Shown: positions 37,237 through 47,029 of the stretch, one piece after another
Position numbering within the stretch: the stretch's first letter is position 1
How the letters are laid out: each line of letters begins with the position of its first letter
Notes under the pieces: generated by a model
What the model saw: the letters and a program-made list of their open reading frames with translations, nothing else
Told to the model about the DNA's origin: nothing
Databases searched by the model: none
IMG/VR virus record: IMGVR_UViG_3300049215_000227
Location: 39,998-103,997 of that record
Length of the DNA stretch: 64,000 bases
Strand: one strand, 5' to 3'
From: a virus
Taxonomy: Duplodnaviria; Heunggongvirae; Uroviricota; Caudoviricetes
Made by a program: the position numbers and the translations under genes

Positions 37237-38247
37237 TTACCTACCAAACAGGTTGATGCCGTTTACCGCAGAACCTACAATTGCCTTAGCAGAACTAGAG
37301 ACATCCTTGATGGTAGACAGCAAGCTAGAAGAATTTACGCCGTTGAGACCAAGATCCGTAAGACGCTGATTGAGATCGTCTGGGTTGATGTTGCTTCCAG
37401 ACGTTCTGATGTTGTAGCCTCTCATAACGATCTGGTAGTAGTAGAGCATTGGGTTCTCTGCTGACCTGCGAAGGACAAAGCTCTTGATGGCAACGTCATA
37501 CTCGTTACCATCCTTGTAGTTGAAGAAGGTAAGTGGATGAGTGGAAGATTCTAAGCCGCTAGGAGTACCGTCATACTTAAGTCCAGCTGCGTCCTGTTTA
37601 TATCTCTTCAAGAAGCGATATAGGTTATGGAATGCTAAGTAGCCAGTTTGATCCGTGTAGACAGCTGTGTTGGGCTCAGCTTGCTTACTGAACGTGTCGG
37701 TGATCTTGTTAACTTGGTTTAAGATATTCGAGATCTGTCCGAGAGTGTTCGAGAAGAATCCGCCCAGGGCTGCACTCGATGCGATGGGGAACTTGGCTCT
37801 TCCAGGCTGTTTTAGAGATTCGTACGCAACCGCGTCGCTGTTCGTTCCGCTGAGACCAGGATTGTTCGTGGTGTTGAGTGGCTGAACAAAGTCTGGCGTC
37901 ATCCCAGTTGTGCCCTCAATGACTATGTCGTAGTACCTTACGTCAGAGTGCTCTTCAACAGTTCCATATAATGTAGGAACAACATTAGTAGCAAAGTTTG
38001 TCGTGATGCTTAGATTGCTAGGACTAATTGGCAAGAACATGACGAACTGGCTACCATACCTAGTGTTCATCCTGAAGCCGTATGGCTTTGCGGAATACCA
38101 ACTAGTAAGTTGAGGCGTGTATACACCGCTGCCGTCCGTAAGGTCAAGAGCTGTCAAACTATTGTCGCCAGCTGGTCCTTTAGGTCCCTGCGATGGAGTA
38201 GGGGAGTTTAGCCCCAAAAGATTCTGTAGTCCGTCAGTTAATCCCAT
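37237..38247 (-). CDS. tube initiator/baseplate centre-type protein
   Basis: FVMFLPISPSNLSITT..PTLYG..IVIEGTTG; position after spike gene. Confidence 0.55.
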   Translation of the reverse strand: MGLTDGLQNLLGLNSPTPSQGPKGPAGDNSLTALDLTDGSGVYTPQLTSWYSAKPYGFRMNTRYGSQFVMFLPISPSNLSITTNFATNVVPTLYGTVEEHSDVRYYDIVIEGTTGMTPDFVQPLNTTNNPGLSGTNSDAVAYESLKQPGRAKFPIASSAALGGFFSNTLGQISNILNQVNKITDTFSKQAEPNTAVYTDQTGYLAFHNLYRFLKRYKQDAAGLKYDGTPSGLESSTHPLTFFNYKDGNEYDVAIKSFVLRRSAENPMLYYYQIVMRGYNIRTSGSNINPDDLNQRLTDLGLNGVNSSSLLSTIKDVSSSAKAIVGSAVNGINLFGR

Positions 38248-38275
38248 AGCTCGATTATAACTCGTTTCGACTCAG

Positions 38276-39277
38276 TTATAGGCTGCCCTTGATTTGATTG
38301 ATCTTTGACTTGATCTGCTCGACAACTGGCCAGTCTGCAACTGCCGATAAAGGCGCGCAGGGTCCAACTGGAGAGATGGTTTGCACTTTACCTAGGGCAT
38401 CAATCAGCTGTGTAAGCTCATCAAGAAGCTCAATGCCTGAAGTACCAATGGCGACTTTAGGAGAGTTAATCTTGACACTTGTCGTTGCGTTCAAGCTAAA
38501 CTCCTTGGTTGACTGAGTAATTGTGTTACTTGAGTTAATAGTCAAATCTACACACGCTAAGTTAACAGCCTGACTACTCTTAGTCATCGATAGGGAGATC
38601 TTACCGGAGTTGATCGTGATAGTTCCAGCAGCCTTATCAATGTGGATAAGCTGTGGATCGCTGGTGGCGTTGTCGTTGACGATCCAACCGCCAGTCTTGT
38701 CGAACTTCATGAAGCTGCTTCCTACAGTCGTATCGTATGTAGGAGCGGGAAGTGCGGCCACTGGAGAGTTGTTTAGAATGCTTGTGTTGGTTGCAAGTCC
38801 TCTAAAGGTAAGAGTCCACTCACCGTCAGCGTTTATGTTAGTGTGTACGCCGTTGAACTCAGCGTCGTACTGAGGACCTTCTTCAGCATCTAAATTGGTG
38901 TGACGAGCAGCGTGCGTTAAGCCGCCAAGAATGACGCCTTCTCTTCCCTGCCCGTTAAGCTGTCCAACTAGAACTGCGTCACCAGCTTTAGCCTCAAAAG
39001 CCTCAACTGGATCTGGAGAGTCGTTAGTCTTGTAGCCTCTGAGAATGTAGTCTTCGTAGTTGAAGATACCGCCGAACCTTCTCATCATTCGGCAGTTCAT
39101 GTTGATCTTCTTGCCGTTGCTTTGAATCTCGACTAGATACCTAAGTTCACCTGTATCAGAGTCATTGAACGCACCCTTAACAATACCTATCCTGATGAGT
39201 CCATCTACTCTATCTAAGGTAGATCGATTGCTAGGATCAACGTATATGGAGCTATCCTTTACGATATTAGTGTCCAT
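38276..39277 (-). CDS. baseplate central spike (gpV/gp5-like)
   Basis: N-terminal OB-like region, Ser/Thr beta-repeats, C-terminal ELLDELTQLIDAL..SPVGP. Confidence 0.7.
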   Translation of the reverse strand: MDTNIVKDSSIYVDPSNRSTLDRVDGLIRIGIVKGAFNDSDTGELRYLVEIQSNGKKINMNCRMMRRFGGIFNYEDYILRGYKTNDSPDPVEAFEAKAGDAVLVGQLNGQGREGVILGGLTHAARHTNLDAEEGPQYDAEFNGVHTNINADGEWTLTFRGLATNTSILNNSPVAALPAPTYDTTVGSSFMKFDKTGGWIVNDNATSDPQLIHIDKAAGTITINSGKISLSMTKSSQAVNLACVDLTINSSNTITQSTKEFSLNATTSVKINSPKVAIGTSGIELLDELTQLIDALGKVQTISPVGPCAPLSAVADWPVVEQIKSKINQIKGSL

Positions 39278-39279
39278 AG

Positions 39280-41013
39280 TTAGTTACCGCGCAACTTCTG
39301 ACTGTCAGGATCTGAAGGATCGGAGGTTCCAAACGTGTTGGCCGCGTTCTTGTATGCGCGACCTTGCAGCGTAGAAGCGAGTTGATCAAGCGAACCACTT
39401 CCGATGTTATTTTTAGCGTTGTTTACGATGATGCCTCTAACAAACTGAATGGTGGTGACGAAGGTTCTAGTACCCTTCTCATCCACGGTAAAACTGTGCT
39501 CCACACTCTCTACGTGACCTAGAACATATGCCTTGTCGGTGCTCGTGTTCTGACCGTCGTTAAGATTGGCAGTTGGATTGATTAAGCCGGCCTCAAACAT
39601 GATGTTGTTGCCGACGCCGATATACTCGGTGCTGCCCTTCATCGTCAGCGTTCCGTTCAACAGCTTATGCGTGTCGAAGTACCACTCCTTAAGAAGAGCG
39701 ATCCACGTGGTGAGTTGATCGGCGCTGAACGTTCCGGTCGTGCTGCTTGGGTCTACAGGAAACTGCTTAGTTCCAAACACCATAGGTCTGAAGCCTTCAC
39801 GATTGAATGCTAACTCATCAAAGCCCTGAGACTTCTGCGCCGTCCAGTTTTGCAAGATGTTGAAGTCTTGGAACTGAGGTCTAACCTCTATGAAGTTGTA
39901 CTTGTCGCGCCAGTTGGTACCTACGTTCACTCCCATCACCATGACGTTGTCGATGGTGTGAGTTTTGAGTAGGTTAAACGGTGATCTGATCTTCTGCTCG
40001 GCCGCTGATGTATCTAAATCTGTTCTATAAGAGAACGGCTTGATCCTGTTAAAGATGGTGAGAGACGGACCAACATTGCCGGAGTTACTCTGAGTCCAAT
40101 CGATCTCGTTATAGAGCTCATTCATCGTGGGATTACTGTTCTCTAGCAAAATCTGCCAAAACGTGTTGGTGCCTTGCAGCGAGAACGGATCGATGTAGCC
40201 GTAGGCTTCATTTGTATCTGTGTACGAGTCGTAACCAGTCAACCTGCCAGTCTGCAATCCTAGGAGGTCAGAGATCTTGGTAGACGTGTTGACGTTACCG
40301 TCCGCATCTACAAAGTTAAAGTATCTAGCCATCTCGTTGGGAATGATGAAGTCGTATACGGACTTACCAAGCCTGTTGATAGCTCCAGCCGCTTGAGTTA
40401 ACTCTGTCGTTGTAGTGCCAAAGATACCGATGAGAGCGACAAGGTTGTCAGACACCTTAAAGCTTTTTGGGGTGTTGCCGTCGCCAAATAGCATTCTCTG
40501 CAATATGAGCGCAAGAGTATTACCTTGATTAACTGGATCTGACGCAGCAGCAATTAAGTTGTCAATGTATAGAACGTTGTTGAAGATGTATCCCCAGTCA
40601 ACGCCGGTCATTACGTATCTGGTGTGCCTTGCGCCTTCGTCGTCAACAGTAACTTCAGCTCTTACGCTCTCCACCTTACCAATCATCTTCACAAAGTTTG
40701 GGTCAGCGTTTTTAAGCTGAGCTTGCGTAATAGGACTGTTAGACATTAAGATAGTGCACCAGCTTCCCGCGGTGATCTCAGAGACCCAATCTCTGGTTGG
40801 AGCTAGATGAACTTCAAACGTTCCAGCTGGCGATCCTTTAGTCTTGGTCGTGTGAATGCCAACGCACGAAACCGTACTTAGGATTCGCTCGTTGACCGTG
40901 TTAAGAGTGCTGCTATCCGTCGGATCAACACCTAGCCTATCGTCGTAGTTCCATACGATGACGGCAGCGTGAGGTGTAGTTATTTTATAGTTGTTAGTTT
41001 GGTTAAGCGCCAT
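39280..41013 (-). CDS. baseplate hub (gp27/gpD-like)
   Basis: Between tape measure and spike; TKTKGSPAGTFEVHL, GTLTMKG..VESVEHSF. Confidence 0.65.
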   Translation of the reverse strand: MALNQTNNYKITTPHAAVIVWNYDDRLGVDPTDSSTLNTVNERILSTVSCVGIHTTKTKGSPAGTFEVHLAPTRDWVSEITAGSWCTILMSNSPITQAQLKNADPNFVKMIGKVESVRAEVTVDDEGARHTRYVMTGVDWGYIFNNVLYIDNLIAAASDPVNQGNTLALILQRMLFGDGNTPKSFKVSDNLVALIGIFGTTTTELTQAAGAINRLGKSVYDFIIPNEMARYFNFVDADGNVNTSTKISDLLGLQTGRLTGYDSYTDTNEAYGYIDPFSLQGTNTFWQILLENSNPTMNELYNEIDWTQSNSGNVGPSLTIFNRIKPFSYRTDLDTSAAEQKIRSPFNLLKTHTIDNVMVMGVNVGTNWRDKYNFIEVRPQFQDFNILQNWTAQKSQGFDELAFNREGFRPMVFGTKQFPVDPSSTTGTFSADQLTTWIALLKEWYFDTHKLLNGTLTMKGSTEYIGVGNNIMFEAGLINPTANLNDGQNTSTDKAYVLGHVESVEHSFTVDEKGTRTFVTTIQFVRGIIVNNAKNNIGSGSLDQLASTLQGRAYKNAANTFGTSDPSDPDSQKLRGN

Positions 41014-41020
41014 CTCTTAC

Positions 41021-43798
41021 TCATTGATGAGGAGCTGCTTGCCTCGTCCTATTGTCTTGACGACTTGGGATCGGTGACCCACCCTGCCTAGAAATCATCT
41101 TGTCAAGAACTGTGTTTAGTTTGTCAACGGCACCGTTGAAGGCATCCGTGTTTATCCCTTTGCCGCCACCTGTTCCAGCAGACCTAGATGCGGCTGTACC
41201 AGCTGATGCTTCGGTTGCAGGTATAGCACTTTCAAGTCCCTTAAACGCAGCTGTTAACTTGTCAACAGCAGAGACTGCGCCACCAAGTTGCTTAGCTGCA
41301 GTTTGCGCTGCTGTACTAAGTTGTACAAAGCCAAGCGTACGTAAGTCATCCATGGATGTTCTAAGTTTATCAGCCTCTGGACCCATACCGCTGATAGCAG
41401 TTCCGGCCTTACCGCGACCTTCTGCACTAGGAGTAGCATAAAGTGACTGAATTGACCTTGCAAACTCTTGACCGCCAGAGAAGCCAGCAAATGAACCGAT
41501 CCTTCCAAGAACCAACTCATCATCCTTGGAGATCTTGCCCGTCTTGATTCTCTCAAGAAGTGCTGCTGAAGCTCCGCCAGTAGCAAACGCCGATCCTTTA
41601 CCTTCGAGGAGCGTCATTGCCTTGGCGTCGATCATCTTGCGAACTACGTCCTCAGCGCTCTTCTCAGAGACGTTGATACCGCGATTCCTCAAGACCTCAG
41701 AGATGTTCCTACCGCCAGTTCCCTGCAGAGAGCGAAGTGTATCTACGTCTAGCTTCTCAGCTAAGATAGATTCCATGCCGCTGACGCCAGTTGTTCTTCT
41801 TAGGCGAGCAGTTGCAACCATACCAGCATAGCTGACATCGGTGTTAGTGGTAATGTCGCGAGTCAACTCTTGAGCGATGCGAGCTCTTTGAACTGCGAAC
41901 TCTTGGTTCTTTCTGTTAGGATCCACGGATCCAGCAAGCATCGCGGCCGTTGCAGCAGTCGTGTCCACGCCCATAGCTGCACCAGCAGTTGACTGAGCCA
42001 TAGCTGCAGTGTTCTCAACTACCGCATTCAATACCTTAGAACCTTCAAGTCCCTTGGAGAAGGCGTTTTCAAGGACACTCTGCAATCCAGCCTGAGGATT
42101 GTTAGCTCCAGCGTTAGCAAGAGTTGCCATGCGCTGCATGTTGTCTTGCATCGTGCCATAACCAGCTCTTTCAAGATTACGAGAAGCAAAGATCTGACTT
42201 TCGTTAAAGGTCGATCCAATGTTGTTTACGCCGAATGCCGCTTGCTGCACGAACTGCTCAGGGCTTAAGCGAGCGTTTCTAATTCTTGCTAAGTTGTCGT
42301 CAGAGAGGTTGCGCTGTAAGAAGCTCTCACCGTTGGTGCCCATCTGGTTAGCGACTCCGCCAAGTCCAACAGCGTAATCTCTAAAACCTTGGAGCTGCTC
42401 AGCGCCTATAGCCTGAACTGCTTGAGCTACCTGCAAGCGAGCCATGCGACCGGCTATATCTGCTTGACGACCGCTAACGCCTCTTGCTATGTCAAATCCG
42501 CCGACTGCCGTATTAGCGATGCCGCCAGCAATGTCGCCAGTTCCAGCCAATCCACCGGTTGCATACGCTTCAATTCCGCCCGCAATACCTTGAGCGGCAG
42601 AAGCAGCAGTATTGGCACCAACAGCGATGTTGGCTGCAGTTTTAAGTTCTCCACCAAAGTCCTCAGCAGCTGCAAACTGCGGCAGCATCATCAAGGATGC
42701 TATGTCTCCGCCAGCTGCTCTCTTGTACGTCTGGTACATCTGATTTTGGAAATCAGCGTATCCAGTGAGGTTTTGCATCTGCGTTAGGCGTTGGTTGACG
42801 CCGATCTGCATAGCAGCGCCACCGATAGCGTTAAAGCCTTGCTGCGCGATTCCTAACCAGTTAGGACCACGTCCGCCTCCGCCACCAGCGGATGCGATAG
42901 CGTCTTGTGTCTTGGTGAGATTCTCGGCAGTCTTCTCGGCCTTCTTCTGAAGGTCGTCTAGATTGGTTGCGCCGTTTCTAGCAGCTTCCTCAAGCTCTTT
43001 AAAAGCTTCAGCTAGTTTTTTAGCTTGTCTTACTTCAAGTTCCTTAAGTTGATCAACGCTTAAACCTGCTAAGCGACCTCCACCCTTGGGACCTTCGGCA
43101 GCAGAGATGATTCCAACTGCCTCTTGCTGCTTAGCAAAAACTCTATCCATCCTGGACTCAGGGTCAAGTCCAGCGGCACGTTGAGCTCTCATTGCAACGT
43201 TGATAGGAGCTAATTCTTTGAGCTTCTGCTGCAGCTCTCTGTCAGCGCCTTGGATCACTGCCATCGACTGAGGGTTGAGACCTCTCTTCGTAAAGAGAGA
43301 TTCGGCAGCCGTTTGGGCTGTTCCTCTTAGCGCTCCAATATCTTGCTTGAGTGCTGCGGCGCGAGCATACAGCGCAGTGTAGTCAGTAGACGCGTACATC
43401 GACGACGCCTGCTGAATGCCAGCTTGCTCAGTTAAAGTTGTAAGTCCCCTGTTTACTGCGCGCTCGCTGAAGGATCGACCGATCTCGTTGACGGCTTGCT
43501 GAGTGATGCGCTCAAGACGAGCTTCAGCGCCGATGCGGATACGCGGCTCAGTGCGAGATAGGGTGTTGACGTCTCGCTTGTAGAATTCTCTGACAGGCTC
43601 ATAGGCGCGCTGCTCTTCGGTCATCTGCTCGAAGAGGTTCACACCCTTCCTAGCGATCTTAGCTCTGCGTCTAAGTTCACGTTCCTCGGCGGGAACGGTA
43701 TATGCAGCCCTACCGATCTCCTCAATTCTTGAGGATAGGCTCTCGCCAACTTCGTTCTGATTGTTGGCGTTGTCGCTCTCGTTAGGTCTTTTAGCCAT
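41021..43798 (-). CDS. tape measure protein
   Basis: 925 aa, Ala/Gly/Gln-rich helical; follows chaperone pair. Confidence 0.8.
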   Translation of the reverse strand: MAKRPNESDNANNQNEVGESLSSRIEEIGRAAYTVPAEERELRRRAKIARKGVNLFEQMTEEQRAYEPVREFYKRDVNTLSRTEPRIRIGAEARLERITQQAVNEIGRSFSERAVNRGLTTLTEQAGIQQASSMYASTDYTALYARAAALKQDIGALRGTAQTAAESLFTKRGLNPQSMAVIQGADRELQQKLKELAPINVAMRAQRAAGLDPESRMDRVFAKQQEAVGIISAAEGPKGGGRLAGLSVDQLKELEVRQAKKLAEAFKELEEAARNGATNLDDLQKKAEKTAENLTKTQDAIASAGGGGGRGPNWLGIAQQGFNAIGGAAMQIGVNQRLTQMQNLTGYADFQNQMYQTYKRAAGGDIASLMMLPQFAAAEDFGGELKTAANIAVGANTAASAAQGIAGGIEAYATGGLAGTGDIAGGIANTAVGGFDIARGVSGRQADIAGRMARLQVAQAVQAIGAEQLQGFRDYAVGLGGVANQMGTNGESFLQRNLSDDNLARIRNARLSPEQFVQQAAFGVNNIGSTFNESQIFASRNLERAGYGTMQDNMQRMATLANAGANNPQAGLQSVLENAFSKGLEGSKVLNAVVENTAAMAQSTAGAAMGVDTTAATAAMLAGSVDPNRKNQEFAVQRARIAQELTRDITTNTDVSYAGMVATARLRRTTGVSGMESILAEKLDVDTLRSLQGTGGRNISEVLRNRGINVSEKSAEDVVRKMIDAKAMTLLEGKGSAFATGGASAALLERIKTGKISKDDELVLGRIGSFAGFSGGQEFARSIQSLYATPSAEGRGKAGTAISGMGPEADKLRTSMDDLRTLGFVQLSTAAQTAAKQLGGAVSAVDKLTAAFKGLESAIPATEASAGTAASRSAGTGGGKGINTDAFNGAVDKLNTVLDKMISRQGGSPIPSRQDNRTRQAAPHQ

Positions 43799-43804
43799 AT
43801 AGGC

Positions 43805-44092
43805 TTATTTTAACCTAAAAAGCTTAAAGACAGTGGGCCCTTTGTAGGTTGGTGGCGTGATAAGAGTATCTACGTCGCTTACGCGCTCGACTTCGTAGAT
43901 TCCGTTGACAATAACCTTAGTGCCGTATGGAGGAGCCATTTGGCCCATCAGTTGAGCCCTAACGTTGTTTACTGGGCTCTGCAGGTCTGCTCCAAAGACG
44001 TCCACGATGCGACCGTTAGCATCCGCTCTAACCTTGATCTTGTAGTTGTTAGAGAATCGGTACTTTGAGTAGGGGTTATTATTTGTCGTCAA
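43805..44092 (-). CDS. hypothetical protein
   Basis: 95 aa, in tail operon. Confidence 0.6.
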   Translation of the reverse strand: MTTNNNPYSKYRFSNNYKIKVRADANGRIVDVFGADLQSPVNNVRAQLMGQMAPPYGTKVIVNGIYEVERVSDVDTLITPPTYKGPTVFKLFRLK

Positions 44093-44588
44093 ACTTTAAC
44101 TCCACATCCTCGCCGAAGGTATCGCCAAACTGCTCCTTAGCGATGCGCATCTGCTCTTCCATCCACTTGACGTTCTCAGGATCTTTTGTTGGGTCGACCT
44201 TCTTAGCTGCTTCTTCAGCTGCCGCCTTAGCCTTCATCTGGGCAAGCTCTTCTTGCTCCATCTTCTCGGCCCAGTCAAGGTCAGCCTTCTCTTTAGCAAC
44301 CTCTTGGTCGATCTCGCCCTGCTTCTGACGCTCTTCTTCTGCAGCTCTACGCTCAATGCGATCGTAGAACTCGTACAGCAGGTCCTCGAGTGTATATTCC
44401 TGCAGAAGCGGATCCTTCAAGGGTCTGTTATACAGACGGGACCACCAGCTTCTCAAGAAGAGTTCGAGCTGCTTCTCGTCGGAGAGCTCAGCGCGAGCGT
44501 TCTTAGCCGCAATCTGTCTTATTGATTCTGCGATTGAGAGTCCGTCGACTCCGCCGGTGTTGCCAGCTTCTTCACGCTCTGACGCCAT
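44079..44588 (-). CDS. tail assembly chaperone, second (T-like) ORF
   Basis: Overlaps upstream chaperone by 70 nt in the -1 frame; LRSWWSRLYNRP..LLQEYTLEDLLYEF. Confidence 0.6.
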   Translation of the reverse strand: MASEREEAGNTGGVDGLSIAESIRQIAAKNARAELSDEKQLELFLRSWWSRLYNRPLKDPLLQEYTLEDLLYEFYDRIERRAAEEERQKQGEIDQEVAKEKADLDWAEKMEQEELAQMKAKAAAEEAAKKVDPTKDPENVKWMEEQMRIAKEQFGDTFGEDVELKFDDK

Positions 44589-44911
44589 TCGTCCTCTGCC
44601 TTCAAAACTTTGTCGTATAGGGCAACAAGAACGTTCTCATCCTTGATGGAGGATCCGCCATTGCTTTGCTTCCACCACTCAGGACCTTCTACGATCTTAT
44701 GTCTGAGATTGGAGAAGATGATGGCGTAGCCAAGTAATTCTTCGGTTGGATTCGTGTAGCTGCCTAGCAAGCGACTCTTTTCGAGCTCCATGGAGTGCTT
44801 CTGACCCATCGTCAAGATGCAGCGAACAGTAAACTGTCCGTCGTAGTGCTTGAATGTCGTGTCGCCGACCACATCAATCTCAAATGTTGCTTCGTTTTTT
44901 GGTAGCTCCAT
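44519..44911 (-). CDS. tail assembly chaperone (G-like)
   Basis: Between tube genes and tape measure; 130 aa. Confidence 0.6.
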   Translation of the reverse strand: MELPKNEATFEIDVVGDTTFKHYDGQFTVRCILTMGQKHSMELEKSRLLGSYTNPTEELLGYAIIFSNLRHKIVEGPEWWKQSNGGSSIKDENVLVALYDKVLKAEDEWRQSVKKLATPAESTDSQSQNQ

Positions 44912-44940
44912 AAACTTCCTTTTTACCGATTATACTCAGC

Positions 44941-45585
44941 TTAGAAGAGTGATGGTGTCTTTATGACGTTCTGTAGACCGGAACCTAAGCTTGGAACCTG
45001 GAGAGGCGGAGCCGCTGGGTTCGTGTTTACTGGGTTAGTTGCTTGCTGCAAGGTATTTTCATAGTTAGTCATCGGAGCTGGAGTCTTCTCGTCCAAGAAG
45101 CCGATAGCTCTCCATCTAAGCGTTACGTTAGCAAGCGAGTCTGTTTTAAGTTCTTCAGAGCGAGTAATAATGACAGCTTTGTCAGTAGCAAAGACAATCT
45201 CATTGTTAGCAGAGTCTCTAACTTCAATGCTGATGTAAGGCGCAAACAAGAAGCTCAATACGTGAGGTTGCCACTGAAGCGTGGTCGCGCTGATGCCTGG
45301 GATGTGCATCGCGGAGATGGTTCCATCAACCGTGATTCTTTGAGGAGCTAGCTCCTTAGGAAGATAGTCATCGATGGTTTGAATCTCAGCGAACTGCGTG
45401 TTGATATTCCACGAGATGCCGAAGGCAAAGCCAACGAGCTTCCCGTTGATCTTGAGAGTGATGCGAGGACCACTAAGAAACTTAGCGTTTGGACGAAGCG
45501 AGAAGATGCCAGCAGCGTTGCCAGCAACGTTGTTGACTAGATTCTCTGCAAAGCCTGGTGAATTATCAAAGCCTGTGCCAGCCAT
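44941..45585 (-). CDS. tail tube-like protein 3
   Basis: FLSGPRITLKINGKLVGFAFGISW..EIQTI..LAP..VDGTIS. Confidence 0.7.
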   Translation of the reverse strand: MAGTGFDNSPGFAENLVNNVAGNAAGIFSLRPNAKFLSGPRITLKINGKLVGFAFGISWNINTQFAEIQTIDDYLPKELAPQRITVDGTISAMHIPGISATTLQWQPHVLSFLFAPYISIEVRDSANNEIVFATDKAVIITRSEELKTDSLANVTLRWRAIGFLDEKTPAPMTNYENTLQQATNPVNTNPAAPPLQVPSLGSGLQNVIKTPSLF

Positions 45586-46193
45586 TAGCTATTCTGTTGT
45601 CCTGTCCCGGAAGGTCTTGCCTGATACGCGTCTCCGTCCACGTACAGAGCGACAAACTCAAATCTATCCATTCCTGGAGATTTCTTGTTGACGCTGAAGT
45701 CGGCTCTCGTGATTCGTGCCGATCTAACTTTTATAACGCCCAGCGGATCACCATTTGGGTTGTGCTGATAAACTTCTATGTCGAAGGTTGTGCCCTGAGA
45801 ATAGGTGCTAGGATCAAGGGCCTCGTTAGCTCTACCGTCAGATCCGCCGGCAAAAGGGTTACCCAACGTAGAGGGTAGATTGGAGAGCACTCCACCGCCC
45901 CACACAGAGCCCCAGTTACCGACTCCGTTACCTGCGTCGTTCAAGGCAACTCCGTTGGGAGAACCTTGGATGTTGGCTTCCGCGTTGTGAACGTACCTGA
46001 TGATCGAGAAACCGCCGCTTACGTTATAGGAGAGAGGCTCAACTGAAACGCCTTCATACATTCCTAAGACCTTAGGAGTCTGGTGAAGAATTTGAACAGA
46101 GCAAGTGAAGTCCGTGCAGAAGGCAAGGGTCTTGCCGTTCAGCTTCAACTTCGCATTTGCTCCTGTTATGAAGAAGGGTTTAACGCCTGACAT
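45585..46193 (-). CDS. tail tube protein 2
   Basis: FITGANAKLKLNGKTLAFC..VLGMYEGVSVEPLSYNVSG. Confidence 0.75.
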   Translation of the reverse strand: MSGVKPFFITGANAKLKLNGKTLAFCTDFTCSVQILHQTPKVLGMYEGVSVEPLSYNVSGGFSIIRYVHNAEANIQGSPNGVALNDAGNGVGNWGSVWGGGVLSNLPSTLGNPFAGGSDGRANEALDPSTYSQGTTFDIEVYQHNPNGDPLGVIKVRSARITRADFSVNKKSPGMDRFEFVALYVDGDAYQARPSGTGQQNS

Positions 46194-46234
46194 ACTCTTA
46201 AATTATAAGTCTTAGAGGGTTAACTCAGGGGAAA

Positions 46235-46263
46235 TAAAAAAGGCAGCCTTTCAGCCGCCTTTT
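46235..46263 (-). terminator. intrinsic terminator after tube gene 1
   Basis: AGGCGGCT-GAAA-GGCTGCCT followed by TTTTT on the minus strand. Confidence 0.85.
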
Positions 46264-46291
46264 CTATTGACTTAACTAGAACTTACTGCCA

Positions 46292-46867
46292 TTAGCTGAG
46301 ATCGACGTCTCCAGAAGTACCAGCCTGGAAGCTGTCGTCGTAAGCCAAGATGCCTACGAAGCTAAGACGGTCAACCAAGATGCCGCGCTTGTTGATGCCC
46401 GCAGTCTTGCGGTTGAAGCGGCAGTCGGTGATCGTGATGACTGCGCCACTGGTAGGAGCGCCAGTGTTCGTCTCAGCAGGAGACGTAGTGGCTGGATTAC
46501 CAGAAGCAATCTTTTGATAGACGTTCAAGTCCCAAGTTTGAGAGGTCAGCATGCGAGATGGGTTGATCTCGTCAGCGCCGTTACCACCAGTCTTGTAGTT
46601 TACGTTTCCGAGACCGTTACCGTTAGCTGCAGCTCCTGCCATGTTGTTGGCGTTAGCGATGCCGGTGTAGCGAACAACTGAGAGCTCACCGCTCACAGAG
46701 TAGTTCACTGGCTCGTTTGACACTGCTTCGTAGCGACCCATCGTTTCGATCGGTACTGTGTCAACCACTACTTGATAAGAGACGTCAGAGGCGTATGCGA
46801 ACGTAACACCACCTGCGGTGATCTTAGCGTTTGCGCCTGTGACAAATGAAGGGACCTTGCCTGCCAT
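46292..46867 (-). CDS. major tail tube protein 1
   Basis: Directly after sheath; FVTGANAKI..ETMGRYEAVSNEPVNYSVSG. Confidence 0.8.
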   Translation of the reverse strand: MAGKVPSFVTGANAKITAGGVTFAYASDVSYQVVVDTVPIETMGRYEAVSNEPVNYSVSGELSVVRYTGIANANNMAGAAANGNGLGNVNYKTGGNGADEINPSRMLTSQTWDLNVYQKIASGNPATTSPAETNTGAPTSGAVITITDCRFNRKTAGINKRGILVDRLSFVGILAYDDSFQAGTSGDVDLS

Positions 46868-46958
46868 ATACTATCCTTTGCCAGTTCGGTTCTGGCTTAC
46901 CTAGAATTTAACCCCACAACATTGTGGATTACTTATAGGATACCATAGTTGAGGTTAA

Positions 46959-46995
46959 GCAAAGGGCCCAGTAGGTTTCCCCACTGAGCCCTTGC
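46959..46995 (-). terminator. strong hairpin between sheath and tube genes
   Basis: GCAAGGGCTCAGTGGG-GAAA-CCTACTGGGCCCTTTGC. Confidence 0.65.
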
Positions 46996-47029
46996 ACTAT
47001 AGCGTCGAAACGATATAGGGAGCGACTTA

